The notes: generated by a model not told the origin, from the sequence alone. A stretch of 64,000 nt of DNA from an uncultured Bdellovibrionales bacterium (GCA_964421125.1 CAYQVD010000002.1:13579-77578); one strand, 5' to 3'. Counted from the first letter of the stretch, positions 50,950 to 62,573 are shown. Made by a program: numbers and translations.

Positions 50950-51010
50950 AACTATTTTTTATGCGAACTTTTTATTTTTGAATAACAATACTTTATATGT
51001 TATGCGAACT
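50950..51010 (-). mobile_element. Second (orphan) attI-like site
   Basis: 51/61 ungapped identity to 61979-62039, ending exactly at GTT. Confidence 0.8.
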
Positions 51011-51908
51011 ACTCACTCTTCCCAAATTTCTCAAAAGCTCTCAGGACTTCAAGTGGAAGTGCAAAAACAACTGTATTGGATTGATCGGAAGAAAGATCAT
51101 TAAGCGTGTGTAACGTTCGAAGGTGAAGTGACCCTACTTGTTGAGAAAGAACTCCGGCTGCCTTAGAAATATTCCCAGAAGCCACAACTTCTCCTTCGGA
51201 TTTAATGATTACCGCTCTTTTTTCTCTTTCTGCTTCAGCTTGCTTTCCAATCACTCTTTTCATTTCTTCTGGCAAAGTAACATCTTTTAGTTCAACTGAA
51301 TTGACACTAACTCCCCAAGCGTCAGTTGCTTTGTCTACAATAAGTCTAATTTTTTCAGCAATTGTGTTTCGATTTGAAAGAAGTTCATCTAAGTCAACCT
51401 CTCCAGCTACATTTCGCATAGTTGTTTGAGCCAGTTGTGAAACTGCATAAAAGAAATCTTCTACTTCAATAATTGCCTTCTCGGCATCAACAATCTTATA
51501 ATAAATAACAGCATTGACTGTCACAGAAATATTGTCTTTAGTAATTGCCTCTTGATCCGGCACGTCCACTGCCTTTATTCGCATATCAACTTTTTGGTAT
51601 GATTGGAAGACTGGAATGACAATTTTCCATCCTGGCTCCATAATTCCAGCAAATTTTCCCATTGTGAACTTCACTCCTTTTTCATATTGGTTGATTTGCT
51701 TGATAGAAATCAGCAAAACAACAATCGCGATGACAATGATTGTTAAAAATCCCATGTTTTTATTATTAATAATTAAATCTAAATTTAAAAATCCACCAAA
51801 CGAATCAAAAATAAATCCCAGAAAAATCAGCCAAAAAATCCATTTGCCTTTGCCAAGTTGATCTCCTAATTTTTTAAAATCTATTTCTTGATTATTATTC
51901 TTCCTCAT
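51009..51908 (-). CDS. SPFH/band 7 (stomatin/slipin) protein
   Basis: QEAITKDNISV, LAQTTMRNV, QAEAEREKRA, LHLRTL; start may be MGFLTII. Confidence 0.92.
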   Translation of the reverse strand: MRKNNNQEIDFKKLGDQLGKGKWIFWLIFLGFIFDSFGGFLNLDLIINNKNMGFLTIIVIAIVVLLISIKQINQYEKGVKFTMGKFAGIMEPGWKIVIPVFQSYQKVDMRIKAVDVPDQEAITKDNISVTVNAVIYYKIVDAEKAIIEVEDFFYAVSQLAQTTMRNVAGEVDLDELLSNRNTIAEKIRLIVDKATDAWGVSVNSVELKDVTLPEEMKRVIGKQAEAEREKRAVIIKSEGEVVASGNISKAAGVLSQQVGSLHLRTLHTLNDLSSDQSNTVVFALPLEVLRAFEKFGKSE

Positions 51909-52012
51909 ATCTATATTTTAACCTAAAACTATAATAAAGCAAAACATCTCACCTTCTTACCGGCAGGCAGGCTAAAATGAGATGCTTTTTATAAAAAATT
52001 CCGAATTAAAAT

Positions 52013-52474
52013 CTATTTTTCTAAGTTAATCTTCTGACCACCTTTTTGATGCCTTCTAACTGCTCGAATTCTTGCAAGCTGCACCTCAATTCCAGAAAAA
52101 ACTTCAGCATATTGTTTTTCGTCTTTCACTTCTCCTTGCATTTTCTTCATCTCTTTTTCTGCCCACTCCTTTGCTTTTTCAGCTCTCTCAAGATCAATCT
52201 CTTCTGATCTTTCAGCCGTATCAGCAAGAACAATAACTTTATTCAACAATACTTCCAGAAATCCTCCAGAAACTGCTATTGTTTTCTTCTTTCCATCATT
52301 ATCGACAATTTCAAGCACACCAGGAATCAAAGTTGAAACCAAAGGCATATGCTTTGGTAGAATAGTTATTTCACCTTCTTTAGTTGGAACAGTAACTTGA
52401 ATAATATAATCCTTCAGAACAATTTTTTCTGGAGTCACAAGCTCAAACTTTATTACCTTATTATCATCAAACAT
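52013..52474 (-). CDS. atpC: ATP synthase epsilon subunit
   Basis: ELVTPE, GEITILPKHMP, VSGGFLEV. Confidence 0.96.
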   Translation of the reverse strand: MFDDNKVIKFELVTPEKIVLKDYIIQVTVPTKEGEITILPKHMPLVSTLIPGVLEIVDNDGKKKTIAVSGGFLEVLLNKVIVLADTAERSEEIDLERAEKAKEWAEKEMKKMQGEVKDEKQYAEVFSGIEVQLARIRAVRRHQKGGQKINLEK

Positions 52475-52489
52475 GATTGAAAATTAAGA

Positions 52490-53929
<1,440 letters not shown>

Positions 53930-54001
53930 TTAGTTGTTAGTTATTAGTTTATAATCATCAGTTAATCTATATTTAAATATATATTAAAATATATACATCA
54001 A

Positions 54002-54985
54002 TTACATATTTTCAAGAGCATCTGCTCCAGCACTAATTTCTGCAATTTCAGATGTGATATTCGCCTGTCGCGCTTTATTATATGAAAGCGTCAATTCATC
54101 CACTAAAGTTCCCGCTGCTTCATTAGCTTGATGCATTGCCGTCATTCTCGCGCTGTGCTCAGAGGCGTTTGATTCCAACATTGCTTGAAAAAGCTGAATT
54201 TCAATCAGTCTTGGAACCATATCTTCAAGAACTTCTTCTGCATTTGGTTCATACGTAAACACATAAACATTCTTCTTATCTTCATCTTTCAAATATTTAT
54301 CTTCCTTTTTTTGAATATACTCCTTACTAACTCCAATTTTTTCATCTCCACCAACAATACCAAGATGATCATCCTCCGCTTGAATATCAACCGGTAAAAG
54401 TTGCTTCACTCGAGCGATTTGTTTAGCTACGCTAATATAATCAGTATAAGCAACCATAATTTTGTCATATTTTCCTTCCAGGAATCCATTAATTACAAGA
54501 CTTGCGATTGGTTGAACCTCTCGGACCTCAAAGCAAGCATCTTTTTTCAAAAAATCAGCTGCAATCTTATGTCCATAACGAGAATAGATTGAAACACCTT
54601 TTTTCCCAACAGTAATGATTTCATGTTCAATCTTCTCCCCATCTTCATTCTTTTCGTGAAGATTAATTGACTCATTCACTTTATTAATAATTGCAGAATT
54701 AAAACCTCCACAAAGACCTTTACTTGAACTAATCAAGATAATTCCAACTTTTTTCACTCCAGATTTTTTATCCAACAAGGGATGCTTATTATTTCCTTGG
54801 GTATTAATTGCATTTGCAATATTCAAAACAGTTGTCCAACTCAAGTTAGCATATGTTCTGGTTTTCAAAACCGCTTCGGTTGCTTTTCGCATTTTTGAAG
54901 CAGCTACCATTTCCATCGCTTTCGTGATTTTAATGGTATTGTTAACCGATTTTATTCTTCGTTGTATCTCTTTAGTATTATCCAT
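54002..54985 (-). CDS. atpG: ATP synthase gamma subunit
   Basis: KITKAMEMVAASK, KGLCGGFN, SEHSARMTAM, RQANITSEI. Confidence 0.98.
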   Translation of the reverse strand: MDNTKEIQRRIKSVNNTIKITKAMEMVAASKMRKATEAVLKTRTYANLSWTTVLNIANAINTQGNNKHPLLDKKSGVKKVGIILISSSKGLCGGFNSAIINKVNESINLHEKNEDGEKIEHEIITVGKKGVSIYSRYGHKIAADFLKKDACFEVREVQPIASLVINGFLEGKYDKIMVAYTDYISVAKQIARVKQLLPVDIQAEDDHLGIVGGDEKIGVSKEYIQKKEDKYLKDEDKKNVYVFTYEPNAEEVLEDMVPRLIEIQLFQAMLESNASEHSARMTAMHQANEAAGTLVDELTLSYNKARQANITSEIAEISAGADALENM

Positions 54986-55037
54986 TCCTTAAAAATATCT
55001 TATATAAATACTATTTATTCTACCTATCCTAATCTGC

Positions 55038-56591
55038 TTAAGCAGAGACAGATTCTTTTTTCTCTTCCTTGATTAAATAATCCAGAGTTGCTTTATAGTC
55101 ATTAATAATTGTTTTCAATTCACCTTCTCCTTCTTCAGAAAAATCACCTGTATCATTAACTTCGGCGACATATTTCTTTGATCGACTCTCAATTTGCTCA
55201 AGAACTCCTTGCTCAAATTCTGTTATCTTCTCAACCGGCACATTATCTAAAAATCCATTAATAGCAGCATAAAAAATCGCAGCTTGAAGCTCAACTGCCA
55301 AAGGAGCATACTGACCTTGCTTAAACACTTCGGTAATTCGTTTTCCTCTTTCAAGTTTTAATTGAGTTTCTTTATCAAGATCAGATCCAAACTGAGCAAA
55401 AGCTGCTAATTCTCGGTATTGAGCAGCTTCTAGTCTCATCTTTCCAGCTACTTTTTTCATCGCCTTAATTTGAGCAGCACTTCCTACTCGAGAAACTGAA
55501 AGACCCGCATTCACTGCTGGCCGATTTCCCTGATAAAAAAGATCTGGTTCCAAATAAATCTGTCCATCAGTAATTGAAATTACATTAGTCGGGATATATG
55601 CAGAAACGTCACCAGCTTGAGTTTCAATGATTGGTAAAGCAGTAATTGATCCTCCGCCAAAATCCTTATTCAACTTACAAGATCTTTCAAGTAATCTTGA
55701 ATGAAGATAAAAAACATCCCCAGGATAAGCTTCTCGTCCCGGTGGACGTCGAAGCAACAAAGAAATCTCTCGATAAGCAACTGCGTGCTTACTAAGATCA
55801 TCATAAACAATCAAAGAATCTTCCCCTTTTTCTAGAAAATATTCTGCCATAGCAGTTCCGGTATAAGGAGCAATGTATGTCATTGAAGCAGGATCACTTG
55901 CTCCAGCCAAAATAATTGTTGTATATTCCATTGCACCAGCCTCTTGAAGTTTTGCTACAATATTGGCAATCTTTGACTCTTTTTGACCAATCGCAACATA
56001 GACACATTTGACACTCTTCCCTTTCTGATTAATTATTGTGTCAATTGCAAGCGCAGTTTTTCCAATTTGTCGATCTCCAATAATCAATTCTCGTTGTCCT
56101 TTCCCAATTGGAATCATTGAATCAACCGCTTTGATTCCAGTTTGAATTGGTTCAGAAACTGATTCTCGAGTAATAACTCCAGGAGCAATTTTTTCAATTG
56201 GATTAAACTTTCCAGATTTAATTTCCTCTTTTCCATCAACTGGTTGTCCCAGTGGATTCAAGACTCTTCCAACAACCTCTTCTCCAACTGGAACTTCCAG
56301 AATTCTTTCCAAGCAAATCACTTCATCCCCTTCTTTAATAGTCTCACAGCTTCCAAGAATAATGACTCCAACACTGTCTTCTTCAAGATTTAAAGCAACT
56401 CCAAAAACAGAACCTTTTGAAGTTTTAAATTCAAGCATTTCCGACATCATAGCAGTAGAAAGACCAGACACTCGAGCAATTCCATCACCTACTTGAATAA
56501 CTTTTCCAAAAGTCTGCTTCTTTATTTCTATCTTATGATCAGAAATTTTCTGTTTAAGTTCTTCAACAATAAAATCTTTTGTCGTAGACAT
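55038..56591 (-). CDS. atpA: ATP synthase alpha subunit
   Basis: [29 protein letters not shown]. Confidence 0.99.
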   Translation of the reverse strand: MSTTKDFIVEELKQKISDHKIEIKKQTFGKVIQVGDGIARVSGLSTAMMSEMLEFKTSKGSVFGVALNLEEDSVGVIILGSCETIKEGDEVICLERILEVPVGEEVVGRVLNPLGQPVDGKEEIKSGKFNPIEKIAPGVITRESVSEPIQTGIKAVDSMIPIGKGQRELIIGDRQIGKTALAIDTIINQKGKSVKCVYVAIGQKESKIANIVAKLQEAGAMEYTTIILAGASDPASMTYIAPYTGTAMAEYFLEKGEDSLIVYDDLSKHAVAYREISLLLRRPPGREAYPGDVFYLHSRLLERSCKLNKDFGGGSITALPIIETQAGDVSAYIPTNVISITDGQIYLEPDLFYQGNRPAVNAGLSVSRVGSAAQIKAMKKVAGKMRLEAAQYRELAAFAQFGSDLDKETQLKLERGKRITEVFKQGQYAPLAVELQAAIFYAAINGFLDNVPVEKITEFEQGVLEQIESRSKKYVAEVNDTGDFSEEGEGELKTIINDYKATLDYLIKEEKKESVSA

Positions 56592-56623
56592 AATATTAGT
56601 AATTAGTTAGTAGTTAATAGTTT

Positions 56624-57025
56624 TTAATTATTTAGTGCTTGTTTTAAGCTAGCAATTCTATTCTTTAGGCTTGAATCAAAAATCTCATCTCCCAGCCTGA
56701 CAACAAATCCGCCCTTCAATTGCTTATCAACAATTACTTTAATATCGATCTCTTTACCGCCAGCTCTTTCTATTGCAAATTTTTTAATACTAATTAAATC
56801 ATCCGCATTCAATTCTCTTGCAGTAATAATCTCGGCTTCCAAGATATTATTTTCTTTATTCCAAATATTACTAAAATAGCTCAAAATCTTCTCGAGTTGA
56901 GAAACTTGATTGTTTTCCACTAAAACTTTTGAAAAATTATCTAAAATCTTTGACGCTTCTTCCTTTGAAACATTTCTCACCGATTCAAATAATGTTTGGG
57001 CATATTGCTTTGGTGTTGCTTTCAT
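56624..57025 (-). CDS. atpH: ATP synthase delta subunit (short)
   Basis: YAQTLF, VDKQLKGGFVVRLGDEIFDSS; operon position. Confidence 0.9.
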   Translation of the reverse strand: MKATPKQYAQTLFESVRNVSKEEASKILDNFSKVLVENNQVSQLEKILSYFSNIWNKENNILEAEIITARELNADDLISIKKFAIERAGGKEIDIKVIVDKQLKGGFVVRLGDEIFDSSLKNRIASLKQALNN

Positions 57026-57034
57026 ATAAAAAAT

Positions 57035-57532
57035 TTATTCTAGTGATTTAGTCACCTTCTCAATTAACTCCTTATCATTTTTGTCATCAATCTTTTCATC
57101 CAAAACTTTCTCAAGTGCCAATATAACAATTCCGGATACTTCCGTCTTGATTTCCTTTAAAGTTTCCGTTTTTTCTGCTTTAATCTTTTCTTTTTCTATT
57201 TGAATAATTTGACCAACTTCTTCTTTAGCTTTTTCAATAATACTCTCTTTCTTTTCATTTCCCTCTTCTCGAGATTTTTCAACAATCTTTAAAGCTTCTT
57301 TTTTTGCCTCATTAATAATTTCTTCTTCTTTTCTTGATGCAATTTCTAATTTTACACCTGCTTCTTCAGCATCTTTTACACCTTTTTCAATTCCCTCTTT
57401 TCGTTCTTTGAGAAATTTAAAAATTGGCTTATAAGCTACATAATAAAGGGCTACTAATAAAATCGCAAAATTTATTAATTGTGCAAAAAGAATCTTTAAA
57501 TCTAATCCTAAAGCTTCAAATAACTTACTCAT
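57035..57532 (-). CDS. atpF: ATP synthase b subunit
   Basis: AQLINFAILL, YKPI..L.ERK, coiled coil. Confidence 0.95.
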   Translation of the reverse strand: MSKLFEALGLDLKILFAQLINFAILLVALYYVAYKPIFKFLKERKEGIEKGVKDAEEAGVKLEIASRKEEEIINEAKKEALKIVEKSREEGNEKKESIIEKAKEEVGQIIQIEKEKIKAEKTETLKEIKTEVSGIVILALEKVLDEKIDDKNDKELIEKVTKSLE

Positions 57533-57559
57533 AAATCATTATTTTAAAAATCAAAAAGA

Positions 57560-57587
57560 TTTCGTCATTACGTGCGTAATGACGAAA
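57560..57587. promoter_or_regulatory. Perfect hairpin between atpE and atpF
   Basis: tttcgtcattacg-tg-cgtaatgacgaaa; likely mRNA stabiliser or partial terminator. Confidence 0.6.
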
Positions 57588-57600
57588 CAATTTTTAGTTT

Positions 57601-57849
<249 letters not shown>

Positions 57850-57901
57850 TTATAATTATTTATAAATTTAATTACGTAATTAATTACTTACATAATTATT
57901 T

Positions 57902-58729
57902 TTAAACATCACATGACTGTACTGAAATATTCTCCTCTGATTTTCCTCCTTCTTCTGAGGCCATTGTAATATAAATCAAAGTTAATACAGCAAACACAAA
58001 TGCCTGAACTATTGCAGACAAAAGTCCCAAAAGCATAAACGGCAACGGCACTAAAAATGGAGCCAAAAACAACATCACAGCAGTCAAAACTTCTCCAGCA
58101 AAAATATTTCCAAATAAACGAAATGATAAAGAAATTACTTTAGCAATTTCACTAACCAAATCCATTATTCCCATAAAAACATCGAATAATCCTTGGGCCA
58201 ATCCACCAAAATCAACCTTTCCCTTGGTTAATCCCTTAAAAAAATCAATCAACCCCTTGAAATTCAAAAATTTTCCAACATATCCAAATGGTCCAACCGT
58301 ATAAATCGCAATAATCTGAGTAACGATAACTGAAACCATTGTCATTGCAAAAACCATTCCATAATCAGCAATCACCGCTCTAAAAACTGGGACCATGTCA
58401 TCTCCCCTAGCGACTGTTATTGCAGATTGCCCTGGAATATATACTAGTAAATTTGCAATAATGATAAAAAGAAACAACGTAAAAACAAGAGGGAAAACTT
58501 TTTCTGTTTTCTCATCACTTCCGGTTACAGTTCGAATAAAATCATATCCTCCCTCGAAAATCATCTCTACAAAATTTTGAACTGGTCCAGGAATCTTTTT
58601 CATCTTTTTTCCTACTACGCCCAAAAAAACAATTAGCGTTATAATCAAAATTAATCCCCAAAGAAATGAATTTGTCACTGGAAATGACCATAATTCAAAT
58701 AAAATATCTGGTGCTAATGAAATATTCAT
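57902..58729 (-). CDS. atpB: ATP synthase a subunit
   Basis: SLSFRLFGNIFAGE, IVQAFVFAVLT. Confidence 0.97.
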   Translation of the reverse strand: MNISLAPDILFELWSFPVTNSFLWGLILIITLIVFLGVVGKKMKKIPGPVQNFVEMIFEGGYDFIRTVTGSDEKTEKVFPLVFTLFLFIIIANLLVYIPGQSAITVARGDDMVPVFRAVIADYGMVFAMTMVSVIVTQIIAIYTVGPFGYVGKFLNFKGLIDFFKGLTKGKVDFGGLAQGLFDVFMGIMDLVSEIAKVISLSFRLFGNIFAGEVLTAVMLFLAPFLVPLPFMLLGLLSAIVQAFVFAVLTLIYITMASEEGGKSEENISVQSCDV

Positions 58730-58731
58730 AA

Positions 58732-59031
58732 TTATTTTTCAATTTCTTGTTTTTCTCCACTCTTCTTTGCTTTCTTCTTATTGTAATATTCGTCAAACTT
58801 CACAGTTAATCTCTTGGTTTTCTTATAAATCAAGATATTAGTCGAAATAAATGCTAGTAAAATTCCTAAAAGCAAAAACAGAGGATTTTTCCCTGTCCAT
58901 TTATCTAAAAAATATCCAAGAATCCCAAAGACTAATAGTGGTCCTAAAATAGAAGAACTGGTATACGTAGCCACTCCTAATATTAAACCTGAAACACTTT
59001 TTGATTTCTCAAATAATTCTTCTTCTTTCAT
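58732..59031 (-). CDS. AtpZ/AtpI family protein
   Basis: GYFLDKW..P.F..G two-TM motif; first gene of the atp operon. Confidence 0.85.
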   Translation of the reverse strand: MKEEELFEKSKSVSGLILGVATYTSSSILGPLLVFGILGYFLDKWTGKNPLFLLLGILLAFISTNILIYKKTKRLTVKFDEYYNKKKAKKSGEKQEIEK

Positions 59032-59145
59032 GATTAATATTTACTTAATTTGAAACAACAAAAAAATGCATCACGAGCATTAATGTAATGCTACTACAGA
59101 TGCCTTATTCAGAGTCTTTTTGAAAAGTCTCTCATTTATATATTA

Positions 59146-59174
59146 AATATATATACGAATTTTGTAAAAGTCAA
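59146..59174 (-). promoter_or_regulatory. atp operon promoter
   Basis: TTGACT-17-TATATT on minus strand. Confidence 0.6.
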
Positions 59175-59200
59175 GTGAAACATTTTTAGAAAAATTTCCT

Positions 59201-61075
59201 CTACTTCTTCATCACTTCTAAAAATGCTTTTTGTGGAATTTCAGCTTTTCCGGATTGAGTCATTCGCTTCTTTCCTTTCTTTTGTTTTTCGAGAAGTTTT
59301 CTCTTTCTTGTTATATCACCTCCATAAAGATGTCCTGTAACATCCTTTCGATAAGCCTTAATATTTTCTCGAGCAATCATTTTTCCACCAATCGCTGCTT
59401 GTATTTTAATTAAAAAGTTTTGTCGAGGAATAACCTCTTTCAATTTTCCAACAACTCTTCTTCCCTCGCTAACAGCATTTTCTCGTGGAACAATTTGAGA
59501 GAAAGCATCCACTTTGTCTTCTGCAACATAAATATCCATTCGCACTAAATCATAAGCTTGATATCCAGAAACTTCGTAATTCATTGAAGCAAAACCACTC
59601 GTAGCTGATTTCAAAAAATCATGAAAATTAATAATCACTTCTGAAAGTGGTGCATCGAAATGCAAAACAATTCTTTCCTTATCTAAATATTCCGTAGAAA
59701 GATAGATTGCCCTGGTTGTGTCATTAACAAGTCTCATAATCGCTCCTAAATATTCAGCAGGAGAAATAATATCAAGTTTCACCATCGGCTCAAGAATCTC
59801 TTTAATCATATTACTATCTGGCACCTCCGAAGCAGAATAAATATTCTTCTCACTTCCATCTGTTTTCACAATCTTGTAAACAACACTAGGAGAAGTAATC
59901 ACTGGATTGAAATCAAATTCTCGTTTCAATCGCTCTTGAACAATTTCTAAATGAAGCAAACCTAAAAATCCAATTCGAAAACCTCTGCCTAAAGATTGAG
60001 AACTTTCTCCTTCAAAAGCCAATGCGGCATCATTCAATTTTAATTTGTCTAGCGCATCTCGCATTTGATTATAATCCTCCCCTTCAACTGGATAAAAGCT
60101 TGCGTAAACCATTGGTCTCACAACTTTATATCCCGGCAAAGGCTCTATCTTATTTTGCTTTTTCGTATTACTGATATTTGATCTTAAATCGTCTTTTTTA
60201 AATTCAGCTTTTTGAATTGATTTGGAAACTGGAAATTGGAAATTGGAAATTTGCGCCAGAGTTATTGTGTCCCCCACTCGACATTCTTCAACACTCTTCA
60301 ACCCTGTTGCAATGTATCCAACTTCTCCAGCTTTTAGGTCTGACGTAGAATCAAGCTGAGGTCGAAACTTCCCTACTTCAATTGAATCCGCCTTGGAATT
60401 GGTAGCAATAAATTTAATTTCATCTCCCTTCGTAATTCCTCCATCAACAATTCTAACAAAAGCCAAAACTCCTTTATATGAATCATATTTAGAATCAAAA
60501 ATAAGCGCTCTCAAAGGCGCCTCCGAATTTCCACTTGGCGCTGGAACTTTTTCCACAATTCTTTCTAAAATCAAATCCATTCCTTCTCCAGTTTTTCCAC
60601 TAGCTAAAAGCACTTCATTTTCATCACATCCTAAAATTGAAACGATTTCTGCTTTTGTTTTCTCAACTTCTGCGTTAGACAAATCAATCTTGTTTAAAAC
60701 TGGAATAATTTCCAAGTCTTGTTCAATCGCTTGATAAAGATTCGCAAGTGTTTGAGCTTGAACTCCCTTCGTTGCATCCACTAATAAAACTGCTCCTTCA
60801 ACCGCAGCCAATGATCTAGAAACCTCATAACCAAAATCAACATGACCAGGTGTGTCAATTAGATTTAACATATATTCCTTATATTGCATCGTAGCTGGTT
60901 GCAATTTAATTGTAATTCCCCTTTCTCTTTCCAAATCCATCTGATCCAAAAACTGTTCTTTCATTTCTCTCTTCTCAATTGTTCCAGTCATTTCTAAAAA
61001 CCGATCAGCGAGAGTTGATTTCCCATGATCAATATGAGCAATTATACAAAAATTTCTAATATTTTCTTGATTCAT
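59201..61075 (-). CDS. lepA: Elongation factor 4
   Basis: IRNFCIIAHIDHGKSTLADR, GFLGLLH, GGDITRKRKLLEKQK; start taken at MNQENIR. Confidence 0.98.
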   Translation of the reverse strand: MNQENIRNFCIIAHIDHGKSTLADRFLEMTGTIEKREMKEQFLDQMDLERERGITIKLQPATMQYKEYMLNLIDTPGHVDFGYEVSRSLAAVEGAVLLVDATKGVQAQTLANLYQAIEQDLEIIPVLNKIDLSNAEVEKTKAEIVSILGCDENEVLLASGKTGEGMDLILERIVEKVPAPSGNSEAPLRALIFDSKYDSYKGVLAFVRIVDGGITKGDEIKFIATNSKADSIEVGKFRPQLDSTSDLKAGEVGYIATGLKSVEECRVGDTITLAQISNFQFPVSKSIQKAEFKKDDLRSNISNTKKQNKIEPLPGYKVVRPMVYASFYPVEGEDYNQMRDALDKLKLNDAALAFEGESSQSLGRGFRIGFLGLLHLEIVQERLKREFDFNPVITSPSVVYKIVKTDGSEKNIYSASEVPDSNMIKEILEPMVKLDIISPAEYLGAIMRLVNDTTRAIYLSTEYLDKERIVLHFDAPLSEVIINFHDFLKSATSGFASMNYEVSGYQAYDLVRMDIYVAEDKVDAFSQIVPRENAVSEGRRVVGKLKEVIPRQNFLIKIQAAIGGKMIARENIKAYRKDVTGHLYGGDITRKRKLLEKQKKGKKRMTQSGKAEIPQKAFLEVMKK

Positions 61076-61080
61076 CAATT

Positions 61081-61106
61081 TGTCATTCCCATAAAAATGG
61101 AAATCC
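61081..61106. repeat. REP-like palindrome, degenerate copy
   Basis: tgtcattcccataaaaatggaaatcc, similar to 8899-8924. Confidence 0.45.
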
Positions 61107-61115
61107 ATTTATTTA

Positions 61116-61931
61116 TTAAAGTGGACTTTTAATATTCTTTAGTTTCGGATTTGTTACTTTAGTATAAATTTGTGTTGTTCTAATATTAGCATGACCAAGT
61201 AATTCTTGAACATATCTCACATCAGTTCCATTTTCAAGTAAATGCGTCGCAAAACTGTGTCGAAGTGAATGAAACGTCGCAGATTTTTTTATCCTTGATC
61301 TAATAAGTGCTACATGAAAAACTTTCTGCAATGAAGTAGTTGTTAATTTCCCTCCACGATTACTTTCGAATAAAAAATCGCCCCCATTCTTTCCTAAAAT
61401 CAAAGATTGAATTTCTTCCTTTATTTTTTCAGGAAAAACCGTAATTCGATCTTTTTTCCCTTTGGCATTTTTAATATGAATTATCAATTCTGCTAAGTCA
61501 ACATCTTTCACTTTTAAACTAACAACTTCACTCACCCTAAGACCAGCAGCATATCCCAATGAAACCATTAATTTATGCTTCAAATTTTTGATTTCGTTTA
61601 TAATTTTTTCAATCTCCCCTCTTGATAAAACAACTGGCAATTTTTGACTTCTCTTGGCACATTTAAAGTCAATCTTTTCTTTCAGTTTCAGAACTTCATA
61701 ATATAAAAATTTAACAGAATTCAATGCTAGATTAATTGTTTGAGAAGAATTTCCTTGTTTTTGTCTTTCTAATAAAAAATTTTCAATGGCCTTATTTCTA
61801 TCTTTGATATTTTCTTGCTTAGAAAAATTCAAATATTCTTTTATGTAGAATAAGTAAGCCTTTATTGTCTTTTGACTATAATTTCTTAATTTAAGTAAAT
61901 TTTCTGTTTTTTCTAGAATTGAAGATTGCAT
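61116..61931 (-). CDS. Tyrosine recombinase, integron-integrase-like but lacking the IntI insertion
   Basis: LRNYSQKTIKAY N-terminal SAM-like domain, LPVVLS, GLRVSE, KGKKDR, HSLRHSFATHLLE, QELLGH, TTQIY. Confidence 0.92.
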   Translation of the reverse strand: MQSSILEKTENLLKLRNYSQKTIKAYLFYIKEYLNFSKQENIKDRNKAIENFLLERQKQGNSSQTINLALNSVKFLYYEVLKLKEKIDFKCAKRSQKLPVVLSRGEIEKIINEIKNLKHKLMVSLGYAAGLRVSEVVSLKVKDVDLAELIIHIKNAKGKKDRITVFPEKIKEEIQSLILGKNGGDFLFESNRGGKLTTTSLQKVFHVALIRSRIKKSATFHSLRHSFATHLLENGTDVRYVQELLGHANIRTTQIYTKVTNPKLKNIKSPL

Positions 61932-61953
61932 ATTTATTTAAAAATAGTATAAT
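61926..61953 (+). promoter_or_regulatory. Putative Pc cassette promoter overlapping the integrase start codon
   Basis: TTGCAT-16-TATAAT pointing into the array. Confidence 0.5.
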
Positions 61954-61978
61954 CTAATTATATTTAAAATATAACATA

Positions 61979-62043
61979 AGTTCGCATAACATACAAATTA
62001 TTGCTATTAAAAAATTAAAAGTTTAGATAAAAACCAGTTGTAC
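61979..62043 (+). mobile_element. attI-like primary recombination site
   Basis: TAAA-AACCA-GTTGTAC has the same spacing as class 1 attI TAAA-ACAAA-GTTRRRY; upstream aagttcgcataa/aagtttagataa direct repeat; second copy at 50950-51010. Confidence 0.78.
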
Positions 62044-62131
62044 GAAATTATTTTATTTTTGTTCTTAAAAATCTAAATATTAAAAAATCAGGAATGGGCT
62101 ACTATTTAAAACATTTAACGAGGAGGACAAT

Positions 62132-62323
62132 ATGGCTAAAATTAAAATAGGCAATTTGGTAATTCCAAAGGGGTATCGAGAAAATTGGCAAATAGGCAAA
62201 GTCATCGGCATGAAGCGCTTGGATTTAAACATCGGACCGATTCTGGTCATCATGGATTTTATTACAAGAAAATGGGTTGAAGAGTTGCCGATGCATGTCG
62301 ATAAGTTAGTCCGCGCGACATAA
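62132..62323 (+). CDS. Cassette 1 ORF: 63-aa small beta-rich (KOW/SH3-like) protein
   Basis: GAGGAGG SD; KIKIGNLV...IGKVIG pattern. Confidence 0.7.
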   Translation: MAKIKIGNLVIPKGYRENWQIGKVIGMKRLDLNIGPILVIMDFITRKWVEELPMHVDKLVRAT

Positions 62324-62430
62324 CGCACATTCCAAACTATCGAGTTTTAATTAGGCGTATTCGTTAATCAACGTTTACGCCCATTCCTGATTTTTTAATG
62401 ACAATAATGAAACAAAAATAAAATAACATC

Positions 62431-62573
62431 GCACAACACCGCGATAAGCGGCTACAGAAAATTTCCTTAATTACATATAATAATGAGTGAATTTTTCTTC
62501 CGACCCAAATTTCGATTCCCAATTAAATTAATAAGGAAGAATCAAAACTTCGCTTCATCGGGAAACGTTAAAT
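62431..62573 (+). mobile_element. attC site of cassette 1
   Basis: R'' GCACAAC, L'' cgataagcg / L' cgcttcatcg with one extra base, R' GTTAAAT. Confidence 0.8.

Noticed and set aside
61076-61108. lepA N-terminal extension MDFHFYGNDKL
   Set aside because: Derives from the REP-like palindrome; conserved LepA begins at MNQENIRNF
61116-61931. Integrase as housekeeping XerC/XerD or a prophage integrase
   Set aside because: No phage genes are adjacent, and the attI/attC cassette architecture fits an integron-like role better; a dual role cannot be excluded
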